The notes beneath the pieces were generated by a model, which saw nothing but the letters and a program-made list of their open reading frames with translations, did not search any database and was not told where the DNA came from. A program made the position numbers and the translations under genes. Of a stretch of DNA of 64,000 bases, positions 51,820 to 64,000 are shown one piece after another. Origin of the DNA: Podarcis bocagei (Eukaryota); NCBI GenBank assembly GCA_964188305.1, contig OZ076888.1; one strand, 5' to 3'. Positions within the stretch are counted from its first letter, which is position 1; each line of letters opens with the position of its first letter.

Positions 51820-51993
51820 TAGGGAACTGCCATATACTTGGTCCATCTAGCTCAACATGGTCTACTCTGACTGGCAGCCACTCTTCAGGGCTTCAGACAA
51901 GGGGCTCTCCCAGCTGTATCTGGAGATGCTGGAGATGGAACTTGGGATATTCTGCATGCAAATAAATGATCTACCACTGAGCTACAACCCTTC
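51820..51993 (-). mobile_element. Old tRNA-derived SINE
   Basis: Minus-strand head agggttgtagctcagtggtaga...caagttccatctccagcatctccag. Confidence 0.65.
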
Positions 51994-52971
51994 CATGTAG
52001 ATTCCCTAGTCTGTATTTCACAGGGCCAATTACAAAAGTGGGTTGGCTAGAAATTGTAAAAACAAATGAAGTAAATTGTAAACATAATAAATTAAGTAAA
52101 AGATCAGTTCTCAGACACAAGTTGTCATTCATGGGTAGGATGCAGTGATGATGCCAAATTTCAGAATGGGGGGAGGGTCAAAACAGCCCCATCCTAGTAA
52201 TGACGTATTAAGCTTATTTATGCTCTAAATTGGGCCAATTCTGTGCTCTTTCCCCTTTCCCCCAAAAGGTGCCATCCAGTAGCAGCTGGAAGGGAGGCAA
52301 CAGAGAAGGCTGCTTCTCAGGCACTCTCACCCACATGCAAAAATCCTGGTACCTGGGAATTTTGGAAGAGCCAGAAGCCTTGGCCAAGTAAAACACGCAG
52401 TGGACTTTGCACAGGGAACATCCTGCTAGTCAGGCTTTAGGGCCAAGATCCAAGAAGCAGCTCTCTCCTTTGCACACAGCCCTGACTGCAACTGGAAGGT
52501 AGGCTTTCAGGAAAAGGAAGGAGCAGAGGGGCTCACAACAGGGTGGGGGAGCCCCCCCCCCCAGTTTCATCAGGGAAAGAGGAGTGGTAGAGGAAATTCT
52601 TGCTGTTGGTTTCCCTCCCTTGGATTCTTCATGGCTGGGGCCTTGCTGAACTTTTAAATAATTTTCTGAAACAGCTCAGAAAGGAAGAGATTGGGCCTTC
52701 TTTTGCTCATCTCTGTGGCAGGTCCCCTTACCTTCATTTAATTGCCTCTCTTTTGTACCATGCCTATTTGACTGTGATATGTATAATGCTTACAGAGGTT
52801 AACATGAAGGGTGAAAGATGGTGGCTTTGTAGAATAAAATTAAGAAATAAATATTTGGACATGGATATGAAAATCAACTCACTACGTCAGGTAGAGGAAA
52901 CCCCTTTGTTTACACACCAAAATAAATAAACTCCATTGTATCAAACAAAAAGGAGGCATCAAGGGTTTCAT

Positions 52972-53199
52972 CAACTTATCAATTATATCATTAAAATCAG
53001 TCAGTTGCAGTTTATCGTTTTCTGTGCAGAGAACACTTAGGTCAGGCAACCAATCTTGGGATATTGTTGACCATGGATCATCCTTTATCCTTTTTAGTGT
53101 AGAAAATTATCTTTTACCAGTACAGTTTGTAACCATTAAACACAGGCACAATTTGAAAATTGTTTCCACATTTGGAAAAGCTGTCTGAATTTTCTCCTG
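52972..53199 (-). mobile_element. hAT transposase C-terminal dimerisation-domain relic
   Basis: Hand translation QTAFPNVETIFKLCLCLMVTNCTGKR*FSTLKRIKDDPWSTISQDWLPDLSVLCTENDKLQLTDFNDIIDK matches the hAT FPN...ERSFS.LKRIK..RST pattern. Confidence 0.85.
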
Positions 53200-53656
53200 G
53201 AATATTATTTGATCAGTGGCTTGGCTGGCCACTTGGGTGCCCAGGGTTGTTCTTCAGTCTGCTTAGACTGATCAGGGGAGTCTGGTTGATTTTCTTCTGT
53301 TTGAAAACAAATGTTCTGTATCTGGGGGGTTCTGTAGGGCTGCTTCTGCCTGTTGTACAAAGCCATATAACATCAAAATTAAATATTATAGTGATATAAA
53401 AAGAATCCTCACTTGTTCTCAAAATGCACACTATAATGATACACAGTGATCTGAACACTTGTATTGCTTCACAGCTGACTTTACCATTTGATTCTTACTA
53501 AATGGTAAGTACGCATTTGTTGTTATACAGTCATAGAGACTCATGCACCACATGTTTGATGTTACTAAGCAACTGGGCCTAGATAGTAAAAGCTGCCTTT
53601 AAAAAAAATGGCAAGAGGCCAAGGTCATCCTAGGACCTAGATGGATGCCCTGGGCT

Positions 53657-54271
53657 GTAGCCCACTCATCCTGGATGTATATCTGGCACTACTTGGGCCC
53701 CACATACCTGAAGGGTGAAGCTGGGTGTTCACTGGTACTGTGCTTTGTAGCACATGCTGTCATTCTGTAAGCAAAGTTTATTTGAAAAGGAGGGGAGGGT
53801 CAGGAGGTACAGGGCCTCGCACAAAAGGCCAAACCACCCCCTAAGCAGACCCGTAGTGCATGGACTGGGCAAAAGGCAGGGAGTCCAACAGTAGGTGGCA
53901 CCAGAGACAATGACAGGTGGCACCTATTCATTCTAGTTTTGAACCCACCCTTCTCCCTCCTGAGTTCTACAAGGGCAACACTGAGAAGGAAGAAGCTGAC
54001 AGTTCCTGGGCTGGCTGCAAATAGGAAGGCAGGCAGGTGGGAGCTGGCTGAGAGCCTACTAATGTTGGTGGAGCACTGCTGCATTCACCCTCATGGACCA
54101 GTTTCCACTGCCCTGGTGTGCCCCCCTCTTACTCCTGGCAGAACTGCTGTTGTTCTCCACTCCCCCCCCCCCCCGTTTCACTCTGTGCTACAGTTCCCAA
54201 GAGCCACTGCAAAACCACACCACCCTCATGCAGGCCAGTTTAGAACTCTTGGGGGTAGGGATTTCCCAACA
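53657..54271 (-). mobile_element. Possible old solo LTR
   Basis: TG...CA bounded GC-richer block with minus-strand AATAAA near 53777. Confidence 0.3.
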
Positions 54272-56799
54272 ATGTTCACAATTGGTTGCTAAATTATAAT
54301 TCAATATGATGAGAGTTCAACCATCACTACGCAGATGCCGGCGTAGGAAATGTGTTGCACTCATAGCTTTTTATGGAGGCTTCTGTGAATGGCTTTTGTG
54401 AGTAGCAAAAACAGATTTGCATCACCTGTTTATTGCAGACATGTTCCATTTAGGCTGATTGAGAAATAATTCCTTTAAGTGGTCATGCAAAGCAGGCTTG
54501 GCTAGCTGGGGAACCCTAGCACATGTGCAGTCAATCAGAGCTCCTTGCAGCTTAATAATTGCTACTGCTATTTGCTTTGCTCTCTGTATGGTAATGAGTT
54601 TCAAAACACATTTTTTAAAAAAAGTCTGAACAAGTTTCAGCAAGCACTTAGACCATCCTTTCCTTGCAAAAGAAAAAAAAAAGCATTGTAGTGGCAAACA
54701 GATGTTAGTTTGTTGATGCAATTATCCGCAGATCACTTTTCTACAGTTATTGTCCACTTTTCTACAGTTCGTTTAGAAAGAGGAGTGGGGGAGAGAGAAA
54801 GGTTGAGCATAGCAAAGGTCTTTGTGCTCTGCAAAGATTTGGTTATTTAGCCTCTGTGATTCTGAGCGACACTAAAACTTCACTAGAAATGTTACAACGT
54901 TCTCTTACAGAAGACCCTTCCATGCAGCAATTAATGTGAAACCTACATGTGGATTATGACATGCCACAATCCTCTCACATGTGGGATCTCATACTGCTTT
55001 CCAGCACAAATGCATGGCCCAGCCTTCCTCAGATGTACCATTTGAAATGCTAGTGGTAGTAGGAGGATACCTACATGTTCAGAGGCTTTTCACTCACGTG
55101 TGTACCCTACAGGTTTTTTCCAGGTGGCCAGTTAGGTAGAGCTAGATAATTTTAGGCTCTGAATTTAATCACCTTTCAAGGCCTCCCTCTTTAGATGGTA
55201 ATGTGTATGACTTTACTTCCTTCAAAGTGGGAACCCTGTTTTGTTAGGGGCTTTCCTGCTCATTCTGCTGAGCCGGGCTGTGGACCCAAAGTCTCCTCTT
55301 GGTGGCACCACTGCTGACGGTCCTATCTACATCTTCCCTAATAATTCCATGGTTTCAATGAAGCTGTTCCCATGAGCCAGAGATAGCAAAATACAGAATT
55401 CTACTGAGCCCTGCTGACCCCTTGCCACCATCAGCTTAGTTGCAACCTAAGAAAGTACGTCCCAGATGAACTTTGATAAACTGGAGTAATCCTTGAGAAA
55501 TGGATTCCGATGACTGACCTTTTTGTGATGTGTGTGGGAATTGTTATTTTTGTGTCTGTATGGTTTGTGTACATAATACTGTTGCCATATGATATCATAT
55601 CCTCACTTATCATTGCATCTATCAAATCTCTGCATAAATCCCCCTCTGTTTTTAAATTATCTATTGGTTAGATCATTTTGGAATGGCTAAATATGTGTGT
55701 GTTGAACATTCTCTCCCAACTTCCCTCTTTGGCTCCCCCTCCCTCTTTCACCCACCCCCAGGAATTTTCTTGGAAGTAAACCCCACTTCTTGTAATGGAG
55801 TGTGCACACCTCAGTGGTTTAGCCTTGAGGTGTTACCTATTGTGCAACAGGCTGTTTTATCATACACTGTATCTTCACAAAGATCTTCTTTCGTTTGCAT
55901 ATCCTATTGAACATCTAACCATCTGTGCTGGCTTTAAGATCAATGCCCCACCCCACCCTGCATTCTATAGGAAAAACCTGTCGTTAAAACTTGACCAATT
56001 AAATCTCTACAGAACATATTTTTCCTTTCAGGTCTGTTGTCCGCTGTTCTTGCCTGATGTGAAGCCAATATTTCACATTAATGGTTGTGAGATCATTCTC
56101 ATTGCTCTCCATGGAAAAGGCTGGTGATTCCCCCCCCCCCCAATTTTATTTTGGATGCTTTATTTTAGTCTGTCTAGGGCTGAGAAAGGGATGAAAATGA
56201 ACTCCCTGCCATGGTACAAGCAAGAATGACCTCTGTAAGAATTTCAGATCTGTAATCTCACTTCATTTTATGTAACGATCAGGGGGCAAATATAACTCCA
56301 AAGTCTTCCGCTGTTGAGTTAACTTAAGTTACTTGAAGGGAAGTGTAACAATGTGTATTTGGGCAACGACTGCTTCTCTTACCATTCCCAGAAATCACAG
56401 CATCAGCTCACAGTGGCTCTATGTCCCAGCCATTCGTTTCAAGTTATCTTTTATTTTAAAAGTTTACACACCCCAAAAAGGGGCCCGGAAAGAAATTAGA
56501 GTCAGACTTGAATATTTTTATTATCTTTATTAAAATATTTTATTTTCAATTTACTTTTTTCCAAAATGATTTTTAAAATGTGTTTCTAAAATCCTTAACC
56601 CACTAAATACCGGTAAGTCCAACGCACAGTTTAAACGCACTGCATCTTTTCTCCCAATCCTTTCCAAAAGGATAATGATGTGCATCTTTGTAGCTAGAAA
56701 GGAGTTTTTGTGATATTAGGCCAGGGATATCCGATATACACAAACTCACACAGGCTCACAATGTATACCACCCCTTCGCCCAACTGCAAAACTAACCAC

Positions 56800-57000
56800 C
56801 CCATTTTGAACAAACTTGAAATCGCTCCACTCTCTCACACACAACCAAGAAACGCAGTCTGGAGCAGCTGACCAATGAGCCATTGATACCACAGATCGCC
56901 GCTCTAAGTTCGTCATCGCAACGTCGCCTGCTTTCTATTGAGTCTGGTCAGCGAGGCAACCTGCGAAAGGATCGCGGGAGGCGGAGGGCGGTCCACTGCA
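56800..57000. promoter_or_regulatory. CpG-rich promoter-like site with CCAAT box, GC-box-like and CHR-like motifs
   Basis: gaccaatgag near 56870; inverted attg motifs; gggaggcggagggcgg; tttgaa at 56805. Confidence 0.45.
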
Positions 57001-59560
57001 CTCCTGTTTTCCTGTCTGTGGAATGCAACAAGGGAGCAATGTTTCTCCTAGCTTTCAAGGACAGGGGAGTGGATTGAGGACGAGAACTTTCAGCTTGTAC
57101 CTTGTGAAGCCGAAACATAGCATTCTCCCAGATCTTTACGCACACTTATGCGCAAGCAAATCCCAGCTGGAGCGTGGGGGCAGGCTGTGTATATTTCTCT
57201 CCCGCTCCCTTCCTCGGACGTAGGGCATCCAGGTTGGCATCCAGTGAAACATCCTTTCTGTTTGGGGAGGACAGGAGCCTTTTCAAAAGGACGTTTGCTC
57301 CGGAGAGGATCCCATTGCGCTCCAAGGCTTGCTTAGACAGAAAGCACTCGCCTAGAAGTCAGTTTTAAAACGGTCGGACGTTCAGTCCGAGGAACCTGGC
57401 ATTTTATCCCGGCTGCGGTGCCAAATACCCTAAACCCCGTTTGTCACTTAAAGAGGTGTCGGTCGGTTGGTTTGCTTGTGTCATTACAAGCAAGGATTTC
57501 ATCGGAGCCTGTTTTACGAGCGGCTTGTTTCAGGTGCCTTTTGGCAGAGGCGTCTTGCAGACAAGAAGAACCAGGCGCCCCGTCGAAAACCAGCCGCAGC
57601 GCAGCTTCAGAAACGTGGCTTCGCACAACAGAAAATCCTCCCGCAGCCCCACCGCCTGCTCGCCCCCAATGCTTAAGCTAAAAATGTCTCTGATTCCGTT
57701 TCGGAATCGAGCCAACAAAACAGGTTGCCCTGTGTGACGTTAAATTAAACAACAACCCACGAACCTCCGAGTGCGTAAACTATCACGAACAAGGCAGTCT
57801 GACACACGAGACCCAGTCCGCGCCGTCTATCTTCTCTCGGGTCCTCTGGTTTGGACTTCCCTCGAGTCGTTTTCGTGCCATGTGGGGCCACACAATTTAG
57901 GATACCTTTTCAGCTGGATGAAGGAATCCCGTAACCCTTGTGTTCAAATACCAGTTCAATGTCTTCTGACCTAAGCTAGCTCCCGTAGACTCTCTGGCTT
58001 GCATAGGTATGCAAGACTGGGTGTGTGTCCACGGGGGAGATAGTCGTAGATAAGCTTAGGAGTTCAGACGTTAGGTGCCCGAAGGAATATGAGAAGGTAG
58101 GACTTTTATGCTCAAGAAGTTACGATGCTGCGCACACACGGAGCTTGATCCACATTCCAGCGGACAGGGTTAAGCTGATCTTAAGGTCCCACTCAGTCAA
58201 TGGAACTAGAAGCGTCCAGTCCTAAGCGCACGTGGACTCAAGTGCCGCGGGCAAATCCTCAAGCGCACACCTTCTGTACCTTGACTTGAATGAAAGTTTA
58301 TGTAAGACAGGCTTGTTTTAAAAGCCACAACGGGAAGAGGAGAAAAAATGGGAAGGGGTTCCCGATACAATTACTCCGGAGCAAAAGCTCTTTGGAGTCA
58401 GCAAAAGTGACTGCAAATCTTTAGCAAAGTCGTCGCAGCTTCGGCTGCGCTAGATCCTAAGTCCTCTTACTTGGAGGATTAGCTCCGGGGGATTTACTTA
58501 CTCTAGAGTCTAAGTAAACGTAACTCAGGGCGTGCCAGGCATTCAAAAAGGGTTACAAAAAAGGAGAATCGTAGCTACGGATCAAAACGGATTAGGCCTA
58601 AGGGAACTTTTTGTTCAGTTTCAAAATGTTCCCAACTTCCTTTTCACGCTTCCATGAAAGCTTTACTTTCCTTCTATATCTGTCAAATACTTCACCCCAA
58701 ACAAACCTATTTCTGTCATTAAAAACTAACAGAATTCTGAAGCTTATTTTTGTGACCCCTCTCATAGATGTCCGCTCTTCAAAACATTACCTGACGAATT
58801 TAGGATATGGGCATTAAGCCGATGAGCTAAATGGAAGTGGGAAAACCTGAAGGTTTACTTCTACATAGTGGCATAAAGCCTGCTTCTCAGCAACATTATT
58901 AAAAATCCACAATAATAAATAGGCTTTAAGGTTTAGATGCCAGACTGGCACCCTGGTTCTGCCCCACCCTTTTAAAACTTACTAAGAATTTCACTCAAAG
59001 AACTTCTCCCTAAATGGGCTTAGGGAAGAAGTGTGAAGTTAAGGCAGAGATTGGGAACCGCCCGGCCCATTCCTTTTGGGTTGAATTTACTCCCAAAGGC
59101 ACACAGCTAAGGAGCTAATTCTAAAGCCCTGAGCATGCCCTCTTGTACTCCAGAGACAGGAGCCGTTTTCTCATGCGTAACCCTATTCAAAAGAGAAGGA
59201 GCAGCTCAAGAGGCTGGGGGATTGTGGATTGCAACTTGGACCTGTTTGTACAACTGCAGTTCCCTAACTAAGAAGCCGCCCTTCATTACTGGACACCGTC
59301 TTTTAAAAAATCCCAATATTGGAGATTTCTTGGGAAAGGAGACAAGGCTCCCAGTGTACCTGCGACCTTATTCTAGCCTGTTCAGAAGACCTCTTTGCGT
59401 TGGTTTAAACGTCACATTCGTATTAGGCCCAGCCAAACTCCGCGCACAGGAGAAACGCCAAGTTCTATCTCAGCGCGTCACGTCTCGGGAGCGAGCGTGG
59501 GATTGCCGAGCGTTGCTGTTTGGGAAATGCACAGTTGGGTGAGGGAGGGAATCAGCAAAG

Positions 59561-59603
<43 letters not shown>

Positions 59604-62600
59604 TCTCAATTCCGCATACTTATGTTCCTAGTCATAAGATGCCACTGCAAGCAAATTACGCTCTTGAAGCCCTTGAAAAAAGCATGATTTAAAACGAAAT
59701 AAGTATTAATTAGTATCCTAAATGACACTTTAATGTGCTAATATTGAATCTGTGCTTTAGAAGCGGGGCTGACTTATTATTTGAATGTGTTCTGTCTCCT
59801 CGGTTAAATTCCTTCTGTCTGTCTCCTCTGTAATTCACGCTCCAGACTGCTGGAAATGGGGAGAAAGGGGGGGGGGAGAGAGGCTGCAACTCAAAAAATG
59901 AAAGCGGGAGGAAAAGGAGAAGGTGGGTGCAAAACCAAGCTCATCCAGGAAGGCCTAAAGCTCGCCAAAGCCCAGAAGAAGCTGCGATCCGCAAACCGCT
60001 TCAGCAGGCGCTATGAGTTGGGGGTCAAGCTTGAATTCGCTTCAGGCCTGGGTGACGCCACTGAGCCGACTCAAGGTGGCTCTTTCTTGAATGGGGAAAT
60101 AAACAAAAAGTCTTGGAAACCGACCAGCGGAAAGAAGCCCGGCGGGCCTATCTGGTTATGGATCAGTGGTAGCAGGAAGCGGCTCCGGCGGGAGCGCGTC
60201 CGGGAGCGCAGGACTAAATGGGTGTCATTGGATTGTGGATAAACTTCTCCACAGACGCATACACGAAATGTCCCGGATGTTTCTTCACCCCAGGGGTCGA
60301 GGTATTTCTCGTGCTTTCGTTTGTAGCAACGAAAGTATCCAACGAACTAGTCACAACTGACTTCAAGTAGGAGCTCTCCATTTTAGCATGAGCTTGACTT
60401 GCGGGCCCCTCGCAGGACCCCGTGGAAACCGATAGAGGCGTTTGCCACTGACTTCAAGCGGGACACATGCACTGTGTGAAATCCTTGCCCGCGATAAATG
60501 GGTGCGCTACCTCGCCACCACTGGTCTAGAGGCTTCAGAGCACTTTGCAGTCCTGTGAACTCAGGAACTATTACAATAATCATATCTCTATCTTTGTCCA
60601 CACCTACATACATATCCTTAATAACCGGTTATTACGCTTCATGCATCTGGCGATGTGGCCTGTACTATAAGAACGCTGGCTAACCTTTAAGGTCCTACAA
60701 GACCCTTCGGGTTGTATCCAGCTAAATTTCGCTTGGAGCAGACCCACTGAAAATAATCCACCCAAGTTAGTCGTGCCCCTTAATTCCAATGGGTCTACTC
60801 TGAGTATGACTATAGTTGGAGTCCCACCCTTAGTTGACGTTGCGCAGAGAATTGTTGTAAGGCAGACCAAGAAGACACAGTAATATCTTTCCCCATGCAG
60901 TATTACAGAAGAGAAAACGAGGACAGTGAGTGAATGAATTTCAGCACGGCAAAGGCACGGGCAGAAGGAATACATTGTGTGAATTAGATGAATATAATAC
61001 ACATCAGCATCTTGTGCACCATCTATTCGAGGACCTATGAAGTTTGAGACTTCTGGGCAACCGATCAGGGCTTTCCCCCTATTCTTCTCTAAAGGAATCT
61101 GGAGAGAAACGGCCGATATTTAGGGCAGTAGATAACCCGCGGGTTAGCCACCCCGGTATATAGACTCGAGGCCGAGGGGCAACGCGAAAAATGGCATGGA
61201 TCCTTCCGAAAAACGGAAGTCTTCGACAATGGAAGCTGCAGTACTATCGTTCATCAGATGTGCGAGTCTTTAAATTGGCTTGGGGTTTGCGTTCATTCTA
61301 ATCATTCTGGATTTCGCCACTGCTGGTACATCCCCCTCCCCCCCCCCAACCACGAGGACTAGAAACTTGTAAATACGAATCTAATCTGAAGTTTCCAAAT
61401 GCTTAATCCACGCAATCTACGCTTTTAAAGGTTCGAGCCAGATTCTGCTAGAAACCACAAGAAAGTTCCCTAATGATTTTAATTATTATAGCAAATGCCC
61501 ATTTTAAAGATGCTAAGAGACGGAGGTGGTGGAATAATCACAGCTTCGTGGTGAAGGTTATTGCAGCACCGAAGGTACTGTGCCATGATCCTTGGAAAGG
61601 TCTTGCTTGGGAATTTCTATGGACGTTATCTGCCTTCTTCCTCGCGCTAGGAAGGACTAGCTGGGCCAGTTAGCCTGGCGAGGCTCCTGATCCTTGTCGA
61701 CGCGACTTGGTCCGCCGAAGGCAAAGCGAGAAGGGGCAGCTGGAGAGAGCGGTGGGATTTGGAGAGAGCAAGCGAAGAGGTCGCTGGATCGGGATTAAGA
61801 GTTCCGGACGTCAGGCATGCATGAGGAAGTGGGGAGGGGGCTCCAGCGACGGGTCACAATTTTCGTGGAAGTCCCTGTCCAAACGGAGATCAAGGGAGCT
61901 CTTCCAGGGGGAACTGGCTGGCGCACTGCCTGGGGCAACGTGTCCAGGTTGCTGTCGCGCGTAAAAGGCAGCGCAGGACTTCGCGAGCGATCTGGTCCCA
62001 GCGCGGAGCGGGGCAGCGCTTCATAGCCCTTAGTTTATTATCTAGTCTAGTTGGTCTTGGGGTGTGTGTGTGTGTGGGTGTGGGTGTGAGGTTTATCGCC
62101 TCAAATCCCTAGGCTAGGAATCAGGCACATTCCGAGTACAGTATAGATCAGGTGGAAAGGAAAAGTCGCTTCCTCTCCTTACCTCAGGGTTTTGCCAGAT
62201 GCAAAGAATGGGAGTTTGATTCCCACATCCAAAGGAGAAAATTGGGAAGATGTTCGCCTGAAAATACAGACTTCAACGGAAGTGATTTGCAAATGAGGGG
62301 TCCAAAATCCATTTTCAAATGCACTCAAAGGTTTAAATTCCAAGAAAAGGAGCGGGATGGATTTTGTTGTTGCTGCAGCAGCAAACTGGTATTTCAATAG
62401 AGCCCGGATAAAAACATTTCTGGAATGTAAGAAAAATGTGGAGAGTGGGGGGGCGAAGAGCTATATTCCTCGCGTCTGATTTTTTAAAAAATAAAATTCT
62501 GGAGAAATCTATATATTCGGCACCTATAATTCGGAAATGCAAAAGACAGCAGCACCAAATATAAATTTCGCTAACCAGCATTTTGGCAACTAGCACAGGA

Positions 62601-62800
62601 AAGATGCGACGTTTCACTCTGTTTTTTGAGGAGTGCGTTTGCCATCCCAATTCCAAATATACTTTGATTTTTTTTTTGGACATGAATACGACAGAGAGTC
62701 TCGTAGCGCCTCTATGGTGGCGCAAGCTTTCCTGACCCACTGTCCACTTTATCGGGTGCAAATTAGTCCCCATTCCATTGCAAATTAGTCGCAAGTGCTC
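56850..62800. promoter_or_regulatory. Extended CpG-enriched, TE-poor domain (CpG island cluster)
   Basis: CG dinucleotides are visibly far more frequent than in 2-56 kb and young TEs are absent. Confidence 0.6.
59565..59601. repeat. (TG)n microsatellite
   Basis: Direct reading. Confidence 0.95.
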
Positions 62801-63102
62801 TTTAGGATGGGGTACTAAAGCCCATAATAAGATACAGTAGATGAGCTAGGTGTGTGTGTCTTTAAAGACACTTCCTGTGTAAAAATAAGTTTATAATTTT
62901 CTTATGCGTATGATTTTTAAAAATAGCAAAATTATTATATCACGCCTTGGATATAATAACATCTCGAAAGTGTAAAAGACCATGCATTTATAGCAGTGTT
63001 AATGATGAACGGGTAAATTACAAGAAACGTGTATGTGTGTGTAGAGAAAGATCTCTTCTTCTGCGATAGAAGATCTCTGTGTTCGAGTTTTCCAGACGTC
63101 AT

Positions 63103-63118
63103 CCACTAGGCGGCGCTA
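63103..63118 (+). promoter_or_regulatory. Candidate CTCF binding site
   Basis: CCACTAGGCGGCGCTA closely matches the CTCF core CCASYAGRKGGCRSYA. Confidence 0.6.
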
Positions 63119-63569
63119 CATGCACATATATTTTGTTAAGGGATGAAAGAAGTATTGGTTAGAGAATACTTTTTTCAAAAACGTCTTTGCTGAACACTAG
63201 ACTCTTAAAAATAAAACATTTGGTAATGAGCACACATTGTGGAAATAGCTTAAAGCCCAAGTTAATTTGCAAAAGCATCTGAATTAGAAAAGGCATAGAA
63301 ATTATTTTAAAAATTATTCTTAATGTAATAATTTGTTTTCTAACAAAATTGGCATTTTCTCTGGCCTGTTAGAACTTGTTTATATTAATATTTAGGCCAC
63401 GCTCTTTCAAAATAATGCGAATAAACAATTTCCATACAAAATTAGAGAGAGATGTTTCGTGGAAAGTTGCATCTATCCTTAACATGATTTGAACCACATT
63501 TTGCTTCTCTCTGAGTAAATGATACTATGAAAAAGAAGAAAGAGAGGGAGAGAGAAATAGTTTTAAACA

Positions 63570-63785
63570 CATAAAATGTGCTGGGCAGAGTGCCGCCAAA
63601 TTATGCTCGATGGCTGGAGCTCCAATCCGATTAAGGGTTTCAAAATTGCTAATTAAATCCTTAAAAGTTTCCGGCTTGGCTCGCTCGATTTTCTATTATC
63701 ATTTAATTTCTGCTTCATATCAGTAATCTGATGCGATATGTAAAATAAAGCCGTTAATGCGAATTAATCAAGACCCTCACATCTT
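63570..63785. promoter_or_regulatory. Candidate conserved non-coding enhancer rich in homeodomain (TAAT/ATTA) sites
   Basis: ccgattaag, gctaattaaatcc, tttaattt, gtaatctg and gttaatgcgaattaatca within ~200 bp of unique sequence. Confidence 0.45.
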
Positions 63786-64000
63786 TTCTTTTCTTTTCAA
63801 CCCTTCATCCTGCACCTATATGCCCGAGATCTGGTATATATTTTGATACTGTTTGACTGCTGCTGGATTAAGCAAGACCAGGAGAGTTCAGCCACGCCAG
63901 GACTGCAACCCTGTACACACGCAATTACTTCGAGGTAAATTCCACTCTAACTGGAGGCGGCCTCTTCCAACGAAATGCGCTCTGGACAGGAAACCAACAG

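Larger units (their letters stand above)
41930..56433 (-). pseudogene. Possible decayed multi-exon host gene, identity unknown
   Basis: Coding-like minus-strand frames with scattered stops and frameshifts; phase-1-compatible splice sites (exon 51481-51200 joined to the acceptor at 50717); lies downstream of a CCAAT/CpG promoter-like site. Confidence 0.35.

Noticed and set aside
59856-60242. 128-aa Lys/Gly-rich ORF in the CpG domain
   Set aside because: Low-complexity purine-rich sequence, no domain and no splice support
62703-62722. Second CTCF-like motif (tagcgcctctatggtggc)
   Set aside because: Spacing departs from the core consensus; too weak to call

Overview
This is vertebrate genomic DNA from a squamate, probably a lacertid lizard, judged from five Sauria/Squam1-type SINEs. 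No intact host protein-coding gene is recognisable. The window is dominated by transposable elements. It contains one full-length, apparently intact CR1 LINE (34424-38996) whose ORF1 has a zinc finger, coiled coil and SGNH esterase and whose ORF2 has an APE endonuclease and reverse transcriptase. A 5'-truncated L1-clade LINE with an open RT/CCHC frame and a 14-bp TSD follows 114 bp later. There is also a second L1 3' end with a 16-bp TSD, L2/CR1/Rex1 3' fragments, tRNA-derived SINEs, solo LTRs, a hAT transposase relic, MITEs and microsatellites. The last ~7 kb is CpG-rich and carries a CCAAT promoter-like site, a CTCF-like motif and homeodomain-site clusters, as seen near developmental genes. 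The most notable observations are: (1) a phase-correct U_UUA_AAC -1 ribosomal-frameshift heptamer at the CR1 ORF1 stop, with ORF2 in the -1 frame, predicting a gag-pol-like ~1318-aa fusion; (2) tandem ~160-bp monomers in the CR1 5'UTR; (3) an ATG in the CR1 tail that is in frame with the downstream L1 RT; (4) a solo LTR carrying a 185-codon ORF; (5) a possible heavily decayed multi-exon host gene on the minus strand (~42-56.4 kb). All family names come from motif recognition, not database searches.
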